64,000 bases of DNA from Patescibacteria group bacterium. GTDB lineage: Bacteria; Patescibacteriota; Microgenomatia; UBA10105; UBA927. Under the pieces are notes generated by a model, which was given only the letters and a program-made list of their open reading frames with translations, was not told the DNA's origin and did not search any database. A program made the translations under genes and the position numbers. The stretch is from assembly GCA_038063875.1 (NCBI GenBank), contig JBBTUH010000028.1, positions 17,046 through 81,045 on the forward strand, written 5' to 3'. Positions 56,101-57,325 of this stretch are shown one piece after another (the stretch's first letter is position 1; each line of letters begins with the position of its first letter).

Positions 56101-57325
56101 CAAGAGCGGTGAGCTTCTCATCAGCTTTTGCTTTCGCAAGATCCAATTTGGTTTTAATATCAACACAACTTTTTCGACGATCTTCATCCTCCATACAGTC
56201 GTTATACAAATCCTGCAGTGAAAGATACGAATCCGTTGCGGTTACACTTTGTTTATTCAGAAATTTGTTTTGCTGGAGCTTAGTATCTTCTTCTTTGGTA
56301 AAGCCAAAATTGGCTTCCAATACTTTTTTCGCATCGCTGACATCTTTAGAAATATCCTCGCAACCAATTGCTGACCGATTTTTTTCTAAACAACCATTGA
56401 GCGTATCAACCAGTGCCAAATACTCATCTATTTTTTTATTCTTCTCAATAGTTTCTAGCACCGTTGCTTTCCACGTTTTCCCCACACCGCTACCGAGTAA
56501 ATCTCCTTGACCATCTTTAAGATCTTTTATTGCTTCTTGATGACAAACTGAATCAGTTTTCCCACCACTCATACACGCAAGGTATGTATTTTGCTGCGCA
56601 TTATAGAGGACAAGCTCATCCTGATACATTTTGGTATCTTTTGAATCAATTGGAACTATTGTAAGCGGACAACCTGGACACGCCTGCCATGTGCCAACTC
56701 CCCCTTTGTTAACACATTGTCGACGTACCGTCCCCGACACTGGATCTTTTGCACCACCTATAGCTACGTTTCCTTCTGAAATTGTATTTTTCCCATCTGC
56801 TCCAGGACAAAATATGACTGCTGGTTTTGGTGTAGGAGCCACTGTACTTACTGTCGGAAGCGGGACTATCGTTGTGGCCACCGTAGGCAACGGATCACTA
56901 TCTAACGTCGGAGCTTTCGTTGGAAGTCCTATCGCAGCATCTCCTCCCTGACAATATGCAAGGTATATGCCAGACAGCCCTGCACAAGGATCATCTGGAT
57001 TTTCTTCCCCTTTTTCAATGATTATTGGTTTCGCTGGTTTCAGCGATGCACCAATACCAGTGGATCCATTATCGTTTATGACGCGCGCGAAATTCCGTAG
57101 ATCTGCTATGCCTCTGATTTGCAACTGTCGTGCAGTAATAAAAATACCACTGGCAACGAATGTAAAAATGATAATCCCAAGTATTGGCGCAAACCCCTGC
57201 TGTCTCTTATTATAATATTGAAGATAACAATCTATAAAGAAATAGATCAATCGTGGATATTTTGAAGCTGTTTGTGATTTTTTTTGTTCATATATTTTTT
57301 GTGATAAAAATTCTTGTATTTTCAA
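17126..57325 (-). CDS. Giant multidomain megaprotein (13,399 aa) with N-terminal signal anchor, Cys-rich and coiled-coil regions, and embedded ATPase, phosphatase, kinase-like and peptidase-like modules
   Basis: A single uninterrupted 40,200-nt ORF. It has a TTG start with an AGAGGA Shine-Dalgarno 8 nt upstream. Diagnostic motifs were located directly in the DNA: Walker A 'GQTGLGKS' (~51.05 kb), 'LLIDEFD', 'GFTGTP', 'GSGRGTDI', 'QGIGRFRE', PP2C 'VDGMGGMG' (~44.68 kb), 'GGGAQANVV...VVVKVY...HGDLNTV...FLDQVG' (~27.4 kb), 'YGHNLML...FMLFDHG' (~39.85 kb) and 'HEKLH' (~20.74 kb). Confidence 0.8.
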   Translation of the reverse strand: MKIQEFLSQKIYEQKKSQTASKYPRLIYFFIDCYLQYYNKRQQGFAPILGIIIFTFVASGIFITARQLQIRGIADLRNFARVINDNGSTGIGASLKPAKPIIIEKGEENPDDPCAGLSGIYLAYCQGGDAAIGLPTKAPTLDSDPLPTVATTIVPLPTVSTVAPTPKPAVIFCPGADGKNTISEGNVAIGGAKDPVSGTVRRQCVNKGGVGTWQACPGCPLTIVPIDSKDTKMYQDELVLYNAQQNTYLACMSGGKTDSVCHQEAIKDLKDGQGDLLGSGVGKTWKATVLETIEKNKKIDEYLALVDTLNGCLEKNRSAIGCEDISKDVSDAKKVLEANFGFTKEEDTKLQQNKFLNKQSVTATDSYLSLQDLYNDCMEDEDRRKSCVDIKTKLDLAKAKADEKLTALGLDTAEKREIHYKEVVLGKLTYEYVLKNAEMGQCLALIEPSTIKGRGGVAENPCQNVSKELSTLQAQVRAQVSASSSTTEEQKAEIAKILDQGYQQQRKYTALYESNTRLCNGDPKCTTKTAQDIVEKKLTPLLGAAEAAKVATQRADIFLAMLDKDSPGVEGLLCGMLVTATMDKNKCGEPEFVTKTIVDFTKKNAPTQLGAVNSRLYDLQLSQLLLMGSKDEAAILNAFNQAKKDGKISTTTRFTTTEAAVAALAGTITDRNLRPAKVFAVLSKEDQAFVTALNERSSQNVSYEDWKNDSKNKGKDTSRETYDAEVQKAIGLLRVEWENAGNLETNLNKIAKGQLDPIAELERLHPVIKNDVVLTGGWFGSGKPDDGVKPVLREGNDFFSTFVRSTQAWSADRWSVTKFVADNKAKGIFSDLPAEDPLVSELSFYLNHKPKFEAAGYVRANDTDSETALIEKIKNGEIKPIEEYKNIDAGVKISSVFFANPDTFLSQRFRTQVDLDAAALRAADIRYSDATIALSEYKVQLAIDPEKKEAFETWKKTAALDPKKDDVYEYMVHNVAAAYTETDRMSAGYGYVIENKDGFAAFDPKWLERAALSGVNIDTYAQEMALWQEKYKSELASVTGQFGASANYRNRAYTEAIDAKKSILLDQQADIIASSYLENNKTTSTLPIEQQKIQMAALLRDQELQFLMGSGGVDITFEKVLDGTYDAVAASAALSDLKKNSPLVSAALALNKFENGGFLKGQLLKENAHVFAVCSGNEVKENSNCGQEIWDQVRGYTMQAAKPTATLLSIALPGAQLVRAISTGIVSTAGLSIAGNAMGIYMTGTSLQDTTEACTWYQGMDGWACGRSIGMTAFAGWSSLSGLKAVNALARTAAVETGAGVGIVTDAVAKTSRGAKILARIAPADDAVLKLRTFADAEGLSAQAIIASSDDVVRGLIRNVYSPIESTAAHIGRDALGTTVFTLNAADTCGKAGRLTVDCALSISMATVMGARAVTGLASLVPKGSPIISQTTNTAIGRLDLYTNTGQAAVACAAAAAGSVPFEQCATTIMMAGLSKGQLAQTQAVGKPTTIENPYIEQAQAIADKVALVNWKNGQKLTIGGIEITDATRLSMQSEVNNRLGITTNAVARETYQLLELSKQLANDSSAKQTVVGKNLLESLEVLKRFVDADGVVKRTISTGETENQAGLLVPVEQVLAIQKVESARLAVRAAEQSYNAEKVALSAPDRSLLDRLTGRETKELAAYRLAAKELSAIASTEGNTSSKYLAALQATELTKALAIEARKTPIERTISQAIRELQYGKEGKDGLVDVEAKQTQILIENEVIKDPSQLPKVKETYEKTLKATSDYLAELKARANQPESVIKETERMLARTKEALESLNKLEADGIFAKGIAERSVAAANNKSQEMQSLSQNSAKIRGEVIAKQAELAKAGSLRGRFDLATKPIREAISDAITGKSVREAVYTARLEYTDALTLVTDAVANRRALVEKAGGAPTTEQTKDIESFDKAIKELTVKADEALAIANAKDKTYTSSLRYKWFGPKEISIEKQVAIANTLGKLSVVADVMKNEGFHIERNAQKQLELIDNQAKESGVGRPPTEAARQMLEEASSFLKKIEENLSTATEERISEMIGPDHLTRVDQSEIFIKALFDTEISGSVKGVLFNGQTGLGKSAFLLNAIADAKVKLTGAKVNVLATSWADVLGMMKDYSPLVHHKNGVKAVYYNPSGREIIYADAEGIHKITNGQNDVLAKQILSDADIIYSPTLETPYEFHASRNADLLTQGFREGTKGAMLLIDEFDVIANSMQFSSGGDSRLAADYDPIRTQKYRDVFNSDLAKNFIEKASTVKNGGSIGEDLFVQKGQSVSLADTDLAKGLYKDLVLEAARQAFEKTRAQGDTQTVEEFLQKNAITHDEAGNPRTNSREVIAALEKYHQGNEASSEFKGEFSDRAGVVNAIVEQSSRSTSGYGFDPKGILVYGDGTGRLQNTRPQALYEALALDTVGQMIKNSLRNKPFTHDQANAFIDQVTVSLQGESSSWKQTLGTGHYADRLYGFTGTPESIILDAQLSLDMQLVVPGVKKLTSIIQIFGSESTKPVKYSEWFGAKDVDNANIELGTEGVARIVLEMPDYSKEITLQSLRKKTNALGDDVEMIVINNDTNIAENEKVVFYDQDGKIKRTIIGDNEKTAIQRFEEEYAYKNRAGKKFVMIFDQGSGRGTDIQGVFTPSDASYLFGSSKTLTQTSAAQGIGRFREIPEKTTVYLLDGQAADGLTPIALEEAGSRLLANETASTQISITNSLIHGYSDMVKNTIDSLAKMVKQYGGEDFTMNYEGREMSLSDGLKLQFDKVGGVNDALTESSQVGTVAIQKAATRTRDFINSIRSTPEFTKLPIQVREYYLKNIYNYEDVPIALQAGSPTESTVRPSLQGATRITDRTALINKAIFESDIAATIGREGRQTPQTSTREQIAQLERAAAARSVESTKVAVDAIGQAKTVMEKAISGKSITPEERHILSLAQQERSRLVVRQQTFIVQKSLALPDSPELEQLNTQIAQIETILAPIANSTDAQITDALKADAIKRIKSSLTKSGIQNINQLSVAGLNIAAAAMVTYENAVSRQVGLMGTNAQSDQAKATILDQTKGEKETLIKALDQILLASGVIFKNKALQNAQSDLRIAMEANIGQIVTFSDGALDKVRDVEHKKALVEEMSQAITAPLIASLEEAPLQKVLAYQQTRLQQATNATQPSRALVFGQFIAKNWQAFRQAFIPTILKPQDLVKFVPSRAQVPKIPIDQPVPQGAIVSPTSNTLAAPAVLLAALVKAEQSLNIAVLARASAMKNESVTGTGYQALSIVNITDGLKTGDVVRYVASDGNTYNLRIDNPADFAYAFRANSTDVFFSRGADSSTLKYDPSNSAVLLFPQGLSIRNGSTEQAFIQRNRNVINLSTATIYRPNVATVIAPQKLQELEQRAAAMEQAKLSFNTIHTALEAHIQQQLTQALGITNPTPDVTAALGLAAANITVTLLEQMESGVISNAYDQTTTGSVQKLLIAIANLSDPNQTITNVIGSILADARNVTPEQIAQVITGQVAQSQPQIPASLTLSQRWDMVKHWLISPNPFAVFNRSLPLSERAGQLAVWTTLRVAVPFGIGLVNPLAAGYYVTATWGWDIARFVTWPVRAPVVALANALMRTPLARDFILGERIITVLSDTNPSIWRGLWKSVLMRPTVINILAGSREGFWEHYYNARFLALGDTNTSLGNRFWQTVTSVTRFFTAPHMLGMRMVQSAVMRANSTPTVPYRSPLSDLPITEPNEWSLDGYLYSFIPRSILNATPRNNTVVWALTRVGLFLTPFPLSTISHSLWAYDVHRFLSDGYKTPNFLNASQGRLRFLYWDLHWPESPLKYFARVRSYKLADHVTSSIVAQQVAPIPVAPVTVPVTSVDLAIYELMGVISGNQTVYFGLTVSGEIVFANNQTGITTQYAHVNLKNVNDIESLNLVIDADGVVDAQDNPVVKSTSIDIPVDQTTYQFGNKKILFSRNTDGSYTVYKEKIIAPVVQTAPVSGYKYIAGATNISMQANNPVEVDAKVEVTYTADGVTTTTRATVKSNENESGGLSDGGLLYWIVKLDGGDQYLKVPVAGVSIVYVTEPLAQQTQADGLVVLQNTIDDLKRKQVEYERLVVEANTRREELETYKKESLPQAIQKANEEVSNFTKELADITRVVDEQKRLLQGIGQQHIALRASIATLQSQIPAVAPSSDIGIAEDKGTKYLKNANPMEDAALVVRNVTGITAFGSVMMVEVDGMGGMGSKGSGAVAAQIIKNRVAEIYFNEISIPSNGRIDIQSRLYETFDRLNQEIRNADLAGGGAVVDITILEEVNGKQIAHVIHTGDAETWVVRNGTAFLLMKDHSIVGELLEMGEVTVKEAGEHPMSNVVYGALQGNNENLSHVVRESFEVQEGDVLISVSDGVIDPLRWHNKIYNNRNFANKTGVPGGFFVDVTKGKTNGKEIAQEIVSQVRALADAKVKKAGGKVDNISAGVIVVGKSFGKFQENTVELTQKQTELDNSLQLARKVQAQLQVLQARQAVVVTRLSNAQQNASNLESNTLDTQITQVETSLAINTTSLEETKVKLQQAESELGLAKTVVERQQEIGDILQKLIAQGFNVTNFVLLQEYLLDQVKLGQAFSALISNIIEHTQADVVLLEQLQTTFLSALPPAGFVRMTIEASDVFTRIALVLEDARSKVTDDRVAIDPTTSSTTITPATVNVVVDESALQAEAEKQEATLVEKFNALLKDQKDRLPGSIAAARAELATYIAQAITTGKSLTTQSKEAATRVAINVAARIAEKVAQQASVTSVGNAVNLKPAPVIEEISIIKSLLLQFPIELLRAERSYVEGTLGKEKVAFLVQLLSSSLEKAGVQFVPKATTLDGIFTALSDQSFLVSIDAIINRDTAIKIQGQLEFALDGLKTVNADVEKEKQSFGARVKERVEVFQEAIEIPLEEQPDKVAKLLPLLLELQETGLAISDTKPTTVDGVIAAVTGGITNYGGTAPATRASADVILPIIGQMEDVIDANFFFTNELEALKRADSVLQSGVVPVALLSAGDEFVEQEVENLGINVTTEFQDLSSALTETARANPKACDDCLKLKDQFIDLFTNIAKALSQGRHEDAKGDLETILAMVEADREKHAEKKDGNEMLFSTAAYFANQKLAQIMRILNKPDEAKRYSKASNDDRLKLANELVKASKKPVENKEVIDAVGSFINTMYLSDFDAIMKMKIADDPQTELEALVDVLKQTETLSTNPVLAVLERLGAKVVNTLSGYTIPTLREIYDDKIIEAQKYVDGLENKQAVPLDKEVAFVEQDKVEAIRDALNKEFDSNKETNGIRVSLQKTSRGVGLVMDGSSSLLDKIEIVFLKPDPFVSDALNHTLIPVLLGQSGLSVIPVISKLDATDPGKGFGPKVLAIIEKVVIEQKFGGLGVLENETPLSLKFWVGQKYILADTKDNEDELINASKANTMFKVFDTSKLPADTDGLKKIKSIEADIIAWLSLAKEVGLYSDIGKSNQPPISQEQLHKKVQEKSNQYIAGKLTPDSLKPEFQAPLIKAIELAFKGVVIPVATYDAVINALNQSEVQKPLTDLKAAIDKNTDGALEYLTGFVQALLLGDISQGSVIGLINDMTKIWVDPQSVLAGHEAPTTEVEFMLSYTVVVQKYLKLASFKLQSANLTLITERVMKALYSHYKATQLSINTIDLSIDSDNKIYEYIQSGKIVSTILDDTWVIRALPNAEDNSRIVYELTNRSNLERFIVKPVGDYLGLAEYRRLPEDAVQSRLVNPVSYVSPSHLFYIAPLVVGVEFGAIYEALPPAELAPLYINFIEKLSKNHMYIDDVELIYGHNLMLVKKDDGTYTFMLFDHGSYKYRPKLSVDEIRRYTVGYFSLLFTVILDRPQFDLYLPYDYKSKQLSSVAMARMMTVYEFLRLYQDKYNETIEVTPALFNKEPINSSEVPFLVPSTQQEYVDLLLQAVIWREEAIQKGSIRIKQTTDEVPLTKEDFIELFESIKNGLQKIRAFTLEDWQLYIRIGEEKPFIYKDPDGEIIALLAAKNAPKKSILDIQADVVRTAWFTEDGKEFTAFGTLKKLFSIDTVFASWVRSIESGDTNAPGRTQKKLTDFASTFVDTLLVRGRKSITDLDKIDAQAEKAVKTISEKLRALIKNNGDLPMSEAKLIEFFDLFAADKKFTKLEQYITFLLIGDENSNADLAVRLSTAAQVAANVRSSLRTTLIDPMLQTIYQVQQDVNAVSVSATEADSTTALLLRTITNYNAVAPKDLQYRETDRVILDSITDRINAFVLFLRKYNVWSEGESIPVSAKIEVQKILDQFANIVGLTSATEKQIVARVLATLTAGDLTNVPSDSAEIIRALTQNATWNEDHVSPHLVQAIDNNLVEELLKVYARTIISITVNTDQIPTVLTQEQLALKALEKSSSEWVREGVSEADFLKTHRTEIENTLTKFSPNFKSITTDSYNQIVADIAQYLLMRKSGDAPGGGASSPFALITEYLGNFSQAIWLTGNELRVGGRLDVIQDALIPVVVPSSVVTGFPRIRQFTAYVNTRKKLQDLRVARRLREVAQQSVAREADRLTREQAQVAQKKRIAIDALVTDIGEQQKVEEAERIRQIDANILLTTVQSVILKDEYVKNAIVGGYSEQVVQTTIQGVLDKNNVTDEIFALLNLKKSDWISGTTQTLNKTYANDIKKAQTQRRDSEDQVYKDMASWSRSVAAVFKALDEVDSSITTPQLVGRSLLTGVTPVVGPVVELTLPFSSGVSRSIQTGSQIRQLTALMQLGTLKNIFVTNSALHKLIVFGGSEEQLQARIDAMLVDKRRNISATLFVDAKRDYPEWRQEVIEKARQTYATERLAQMEKEDEALQQKVDAFFATQDASEQLRVSKVDAQEQARLQKIVDEEKKLRAAEKRSVHREELRQQIAERRAQISPLVQGLQSLAARISFFPLSNTSRVATRTLKNALNTAGLTVTRETPLSLLEELDVLLKDKALDRIKTVEKIEAISEAFLAFETVLQLQLDRQVGKLLRSVTAKIGQSEERLFDQASVSDQARLDISAITTSLDAEKQLALQLEQLRAEQDRRAVLEIAAVKQAAELAPSIEKRAAEVRKANQSISNPQVLLLTAVAGEALTPALVPPIALWNMFGEVQKVMDEASFMMDLGEPALTAYGLGLFYVDKPITVPLTESQIKAAELLKLRQKQLAREESTAFIAKLESEESKAAWRTAHRQLLITGLLESLPVIQDALRVRTADFLLFATHRDGPVVQAYLNGAKKSEISLLLRQRLKEEGITSDDILLARGMSDKEFINEMYKSIETWLGDVKDQPQAARAVIPQRTGEIMESVLGPEKGIALALQYEMYLNDREAVRVQLQADIKQSFAERDIAENAAFNHGFEQISGVAEAQQYLSFVLGEVVAQLTNKKEERTQAKLFIAHVFTNNLTEIQKRVMATVIIGDSVSTMKSKIEKIVRTVLEEDQRLESDEQASSFIPAYARLVTERAMEELTQWDAQVADVYRQNLVEEALYRNDRVSFNLIKRKLRDDGWFDGISLLPSVFLQNRAQNILNIDKKAIDGVVDAYRRWYSEQTEFIVDTLIEKETLDTQGLETLLHARLGDWFTEQSEVERASAIRGLARRLNETQNSLIAQKQKEDARQKWYEELVKTSGVLLTDITLLRDASELLLFDKPGSFQIAGIARVALRSIIRSRIDEAVRSVIDSSMTSKQRENSINKQVEITLGRLETISVFVPFIKQFDTRDTSPLVYFIQTANLTDILAAAERFEQVLLLGADQYIILHERLTQAISGYSDDEALAEFVEAELVSETIFPEVARQVNGASVSLSYELDMIVARALIANARLEVAKVEKQTLVGEISVLLRQLKKSSPDIRLQVNGKPLEVEYSRLISVFESVDGPEAITDNIKIDIERARFYLDVAPKIQVTSEERRNIIITTGEKETRLAKPGFFASLGKWGPTRVVRDGVVGLVHAWVKPFSFEYSGTKQAANLGIMALRDGWMWIRGGPIGILPWIAHDGLRLVEQIIPSDSLKAIVRTSRDFVLFPNWWDASVPTNFRFVQGFIHIFTRGILFVTGNPLFVPVIVHDISRFALYQIERVEERAVATAVSLDTAQVGSRAVRFNLDTVKKQTTNLVITFPDNTDVVTMNLTKDPYKKTWLQWVGDGLKWTAGVTIGVLSIAYGLLSVVIWLNVAFSPTPQLPIREPAAIIQQIQTNPETASPSETSAPVDTATAQLPTETATTTQQDQYEESIQQDWIDSQSAKNPLVAFMSKGIYRWAVNQRVLLANLEGESFWLRIVGVANPTDEQKKAVFENPIVSFLILGMDSHLNSIGDEDPNIPITSTKNDQNIIVFLNTQTGEFSFIALSRKFFMADGSQINDAMGKLLPKDPAGITFQQNILFPIVSDGNQNDPMVNARLRFEWLTGRPIDSVTAFGFNGFRDAINALYPNGITITSIATITDALDDKLATRTIFESGVEYTMDGATLLDYVRLRHGEGFLGDSTGGRTVRLAQVIGEISKDLAKRVENDNGFESLLVELQHILAIIQQGKSFETDTPWVGSNGELDQGLLFDLIRRDQIARDFAGEQHKTLTDYFLYYLVQNLHAITLIPQESSLGIIKLPFLSAYNILLGPGYLPTWNNKESFGEWTYKQLDVDAVRNYYKPFQDIITNEIYKEDAQAAFKVQPIPAQSNLMSGQVKKSINTWKAKAAIIARHNADYQKELTFKREGVTSFDERRYDAEFDEYFKGPDARRSLVREAIMYWWKALWQLDTSLKQSVQYLFSQNFSPEVKRISNTAQNVEQPVVTAPAKVQPIPTQQSITQAIRQVRQRIDPRFALQAVRAGKALHRAYDPIVIPAQQVVRNVTSSIQNRACGSAMLIEKVYAQDGGGLSNPCAFSNVIGVTEEAVAFGMEPPIISILDNVHQLYDRFIATWSQFRVLILGVESITPQTDTYTSDDIISSLAEQFRLDDQRVRAIAEEANIDVSKIHPIVLLAQLPRLILEQEPSRMSQASGNKTMLSTLLYLHSTELSSNDRTIVIDELLRKMKFEIGLVNSENTFQQEKVVGTLLRTIISIRNTKIIREEIRRIIGTSLFADNQDVLVHLGLEQMVFSALIKDDQSLMHNYSDDEFRQRLTQLDTDALRLIQELKKGADAHGAIRFDAPTINTVLVDLLSKGIKLLRLTDTSIGQSMTEFFYDHPIFENIYIPFQSWNIHFVPISVKQNHDYDALTMGLGLVDMDSFVSRLRSLSAFSRPRKLVGSTNLVMAAFAVNNLGFTLDDRWDVNTPNGVVSGKDALQYIVANQDQFPQISLVHISISTRELFRTWSQDRIQRLIARAKKNERANRLTAIMAQTVGVDEELIRSNTRITIDEKQSLVNEKPAQPAAEYVMDKIRAWMPAPETILQSSFLKWSTPFFARFSLNTAQSRIAIDEQTRVEDENDRTPLPTPLISQLRPTKDDEYLISHALLTEGYLNTEIPQKGVSINDYAAFGIQSGVAMVSDGVSVLRGEFINSQKGAIRLFNNIIDFFKSDKIGQIRKATWVWTQENLERFRQVLNGELASSERVLAEELGQFPTTGVIAKLLPNNKIMMIRIGDAEARILRNGKIYHMGQLYDAQGVPLFKGSILQPLLEAGDAVQAYDSVETSAPKVFGYGKLSVEQIHISIYQLQPGDRIMLSSDWVSKVSQSKIPDRFNSVDDVIEEVLQRSQNPKQAAEKLSTLGYSNGVPIDDLGTQFIFFQQQLPVENPKKKELVAGSGSTSDIKLPANQFPDEAFRLRTENGLLYIKTSSAFQYKLNAEHLKKDEWTPLTEGAILDLGTLYPTIKVGKDRQINLSFNVDVPLGIYVPQSYFDLPGVRTDVSTANSTSSQPESFWKKITGSAALLLPRQLGSATGADPTVLSNILTVIGNLLNQYVAPWFVPYVAPLLTNISSISSLPTQIRAALQPGTWRYAREEIKLIPDRIQLVLKIGLQAFGAPHYTLFGDGSLVFVTKDRIGGGAQANVVIGYRKAPQSKAFERVVVKVYHDTSLLNDPPPDFRERRRIDVSTDELFRASLNGQEMAIQPISSRVKPAFYGWVKDANNINQMAVMEYIQGKSLLQAINDTESLTDKIILYKKLQSALETLYLDTQLPHGDLNTVVASQPKYVNALVTPEGEIVFLDQVGIARYIFDEEYFASHGIPSSIDPKDLPRLFHELEKQLLAQDIQQIEYLAVGSIDLKTIRSEKASRLEELQKYINNDDIQNEVYQSMERGAMVLLVSSYDSTPALVIIMDEKIKNVRIVLADGQDESALTGDVYVKQSLQALATYFSDWEIIAPTGVSMYIQSQKLMQAEAPTHRSPFSENDSFRKQQGEVVAATIVQAFLTFSDRSPTDPFAKVFKTLLLGDPAVLTLFTEHFFDPLHQKSLPPLTRDMFDKKSLAQLSDPDEWLAAMNISGQMPQMTYRSSVWLLLEALGWRVLRVDDVQELFNANKSAKNVWDQHTVGDHLLKKIMWLFDKARDKIKDGSRQYAYLRVTGDKYAIIVRDIHAVKNASNPLTQAFDVLLSDQKMLYVKDRIVSQSIGLHTSFEEKLSLEDLSRIDRQKFMLAAKNQKPYTGEQIQNYRKTHPRLNAILDSIDTLDTNDEGFKTFLTQVVATLMVDDLLEDTANDVQSALQKENPDETLRVFPDVVRVIETVRTTKGYGNAVRMLRVGFAGVLKHVNTDFEKTLGDVAGDELIKKQFRPVVEHVTREFLRKTGVTAQIVFHPSANDFIIMLPQGTLVDIEVLRTALGNALRDLSIGGVQYYSHPSLSITDVVFTDAGSTTEQEAANIVIIDNAFAVLAQASNQDALSSIDTHFFLNGLPRQDLPVHHWDWLRRYLSTNVVLEKRGPIRLAELGVTEKERLKLVSIEPENKFEKDEDVLAATAWQKLIGGFVHRYGEKDLPVWERAVEAMKKWWGDQQVLHIIDPNLARLFNLTTTFDTGNAAVSEEILKTVFSTGIGTNTRMSSEYVSPKTTALLQQAGYDAQTLDKVYKSSGNERLAIQKSILEKLPDSEWVTVYYTIGNSDERVIPGYFGRFGDTTDATKVRLYASSKEAVNSTLHLRYSSPSLVNIIGIRLPKAMVVSENEALYLNNAYAATEPEVGRVVEERVAQNTRLNITPTRATNYVSWIPEELVVEIVSDINELIVSQFKRTIPFENPIRAENIALEIDKTTEQAKLIKDLAYYSPQLYVPTMSPRELLVLLEELQIKFTQKVLLGKDIYVYLSDPIKIPFQDRSFALGVVYTHGQPQYRMFYKSNSGESWRVIPSIEPLQSGDKTPSSFVNSSTRYILSKGIGEQDTVLPAEIQVALDEKIVSGSFVDLSGYISFSDGDKIAALFDSIIPRTQKVDPTYTAEFELPTNSTSGMESFWPFLATGRGYAVDTTTYLDTDMPDFAHGLRGSYEVVGGPLKHQKKNYIFTSINQNITYMFSYDEVSHYVQTILIEDTDSSINSYGVHSRPLQTFYAMLPAYEHRGPQASKDAVEIGDREYVDQYKWISQFPLNRAFSTWLKTQGTPVVTYEDLITSAVDNSGCGSSGFLHIPSVFAADSGCAILSVGMEVQEVEAELTRVIPKEGGYYWYEGMKAPTTKYDSKTPIKAPFGKQVTLYKDQKKTQALFTFIASTEFKGSSVIQQNAPAIDTGNAANILAVPAKEVNSIQKVRLQPLWQRAWGAVRKWWGGPEITHVENEVLLKKLKYPGKVIDLPEYSSGSGPKSAIIYNSPKDENVVVYRGINDATLVFDQTSNIIRYDPQNPLLIEAVNNFVNNPSPERFNLMRVSTINPELLKNLDLLESSINKYLSSGNPYGDLGLTYKDAVIVTNVFSNSGEVTPTNLSPYVSASTDITQASRYTGGEKTGGVLILSIHKERLEHVNNYEVALKLEVKPEEIVAYIPYNHDGDSPYINESLEKAAAYIKALSVEHATVDTIQVVQGKPWWQRAQVFVRTTVGKVKKWWGDQGIPHFAEPIQMQLWERMGELWQGVRKQWVGQQVRLAIRDEIPKSIKILIDRIQRVEESFIQIDESLQDQIMNELNVYENLSISDRKWIARHVVRDILALDTKQKDIWDSFQNAADLGDYIPVHEESAIAASDAFNREQAVVERDQFTTIPDFVSSQVQFNFPFGTVAEKKRVIGAIISKEVQKSGLPAQFVSTLASLMYQLLPGYQYAIDYPSDPVNDITIVRSLPVGARGSATGGGLIIAQSIIDDPVWAAVEMLHEKLHIFLIGNRTARVNHDESQELVVTTLQYLIADKVGLSTKKFEEIFYWKGAQGLIFILQTLKEAKLFDWDTEEGKLALYRMSANGDFSELIIPFAQLRGYDASQIIGYFHLTTDEVFGNWGKNIDQQNSILNGPFGLSESNSRFGFDQIRTRENATQNQISFEGALIKTRAFAGSIMRAIFGDVKTLNDKELQKKAQLEALQKECGGGDSVADTTKKSPRGDFGDSTRVESNLAYHPSATITQISYSSTPTPLFSISRVYAADFSQDGDVLGATSGCTAFGRVIKNFNLDRYPSALLWMQKTVRAGQQLRKVFPFIFPKNLNVVPSSSSLGVGEQSVVLKKLDRYLPQSITNDMFGRRMSDILTEDYPDFSTLLQADSARHGLAFFMDRTNIVRHAIDDGVFDTVDSRTMFHTIASIETGATPLERVVAYINPNIDLDWIWFVADRTNWFTADGIDNGSFLFGSERVKNIAGTMIRGEDDSNGPSLLTVPFSVVSPLAKVLFSQIDHVLEQSSNGEKFSDTEIYEFTLVASSIADFLHIKPDGNGRSSEDFMVALQRRLFRGDMSKVKTWSTNSIRTSLSESEVKLLSDEAKYYYVNSFDAQLRRINGGLSHFRRQILRDIQKEIDSEALLDDSILSQNPESVMKVVQRIIVSMDIGQQQNNDDFSAMLQTYGFDELTQSLQLLRAGSYDFTYLSYADTGLPVLNPDMSLEEAEVKAQKIREARVKNITSVVTADFIESLRPALEKELDGKPITIDDWVAAVEGTKEYQALLTNSPNVNAQQLLETLRPSLVIQIQTFFNGKKPQNLFTGPQGPRRFSITEENKLPELIVTNLKKNAKYENLLQNISQMKTPFWLLGGLGIVSTGASLYAYGPEIFHFLMQTPVMLQSVGASIVDPITLSEIITYLQQNDQVVARVITGVFLVSDLIHLPVDIVQSFLWRSITHATLFSETTIEQLQAKGYEIHRVSDISVLTLQGKKTVPVFEATTPQQKILRFVPVRRLWNTLDTEEAFALPFNLSVAPLTDAVTSPLTPVGHLMLRAATSKTVAFLIINSLAQMVGNAFGAQINPLVMAPAAITQSAVSNAISFVIQTPIRIGYLVYRVGKFLLGVVGGKMTGNSPAVTQVKEAGIELFNAVRNIFQKNRNNLEENDEIKLPQPEVYRWSQQLVTIESSVTKTHAVIRDMNKGKSRFKNNVLTGLQNHYI

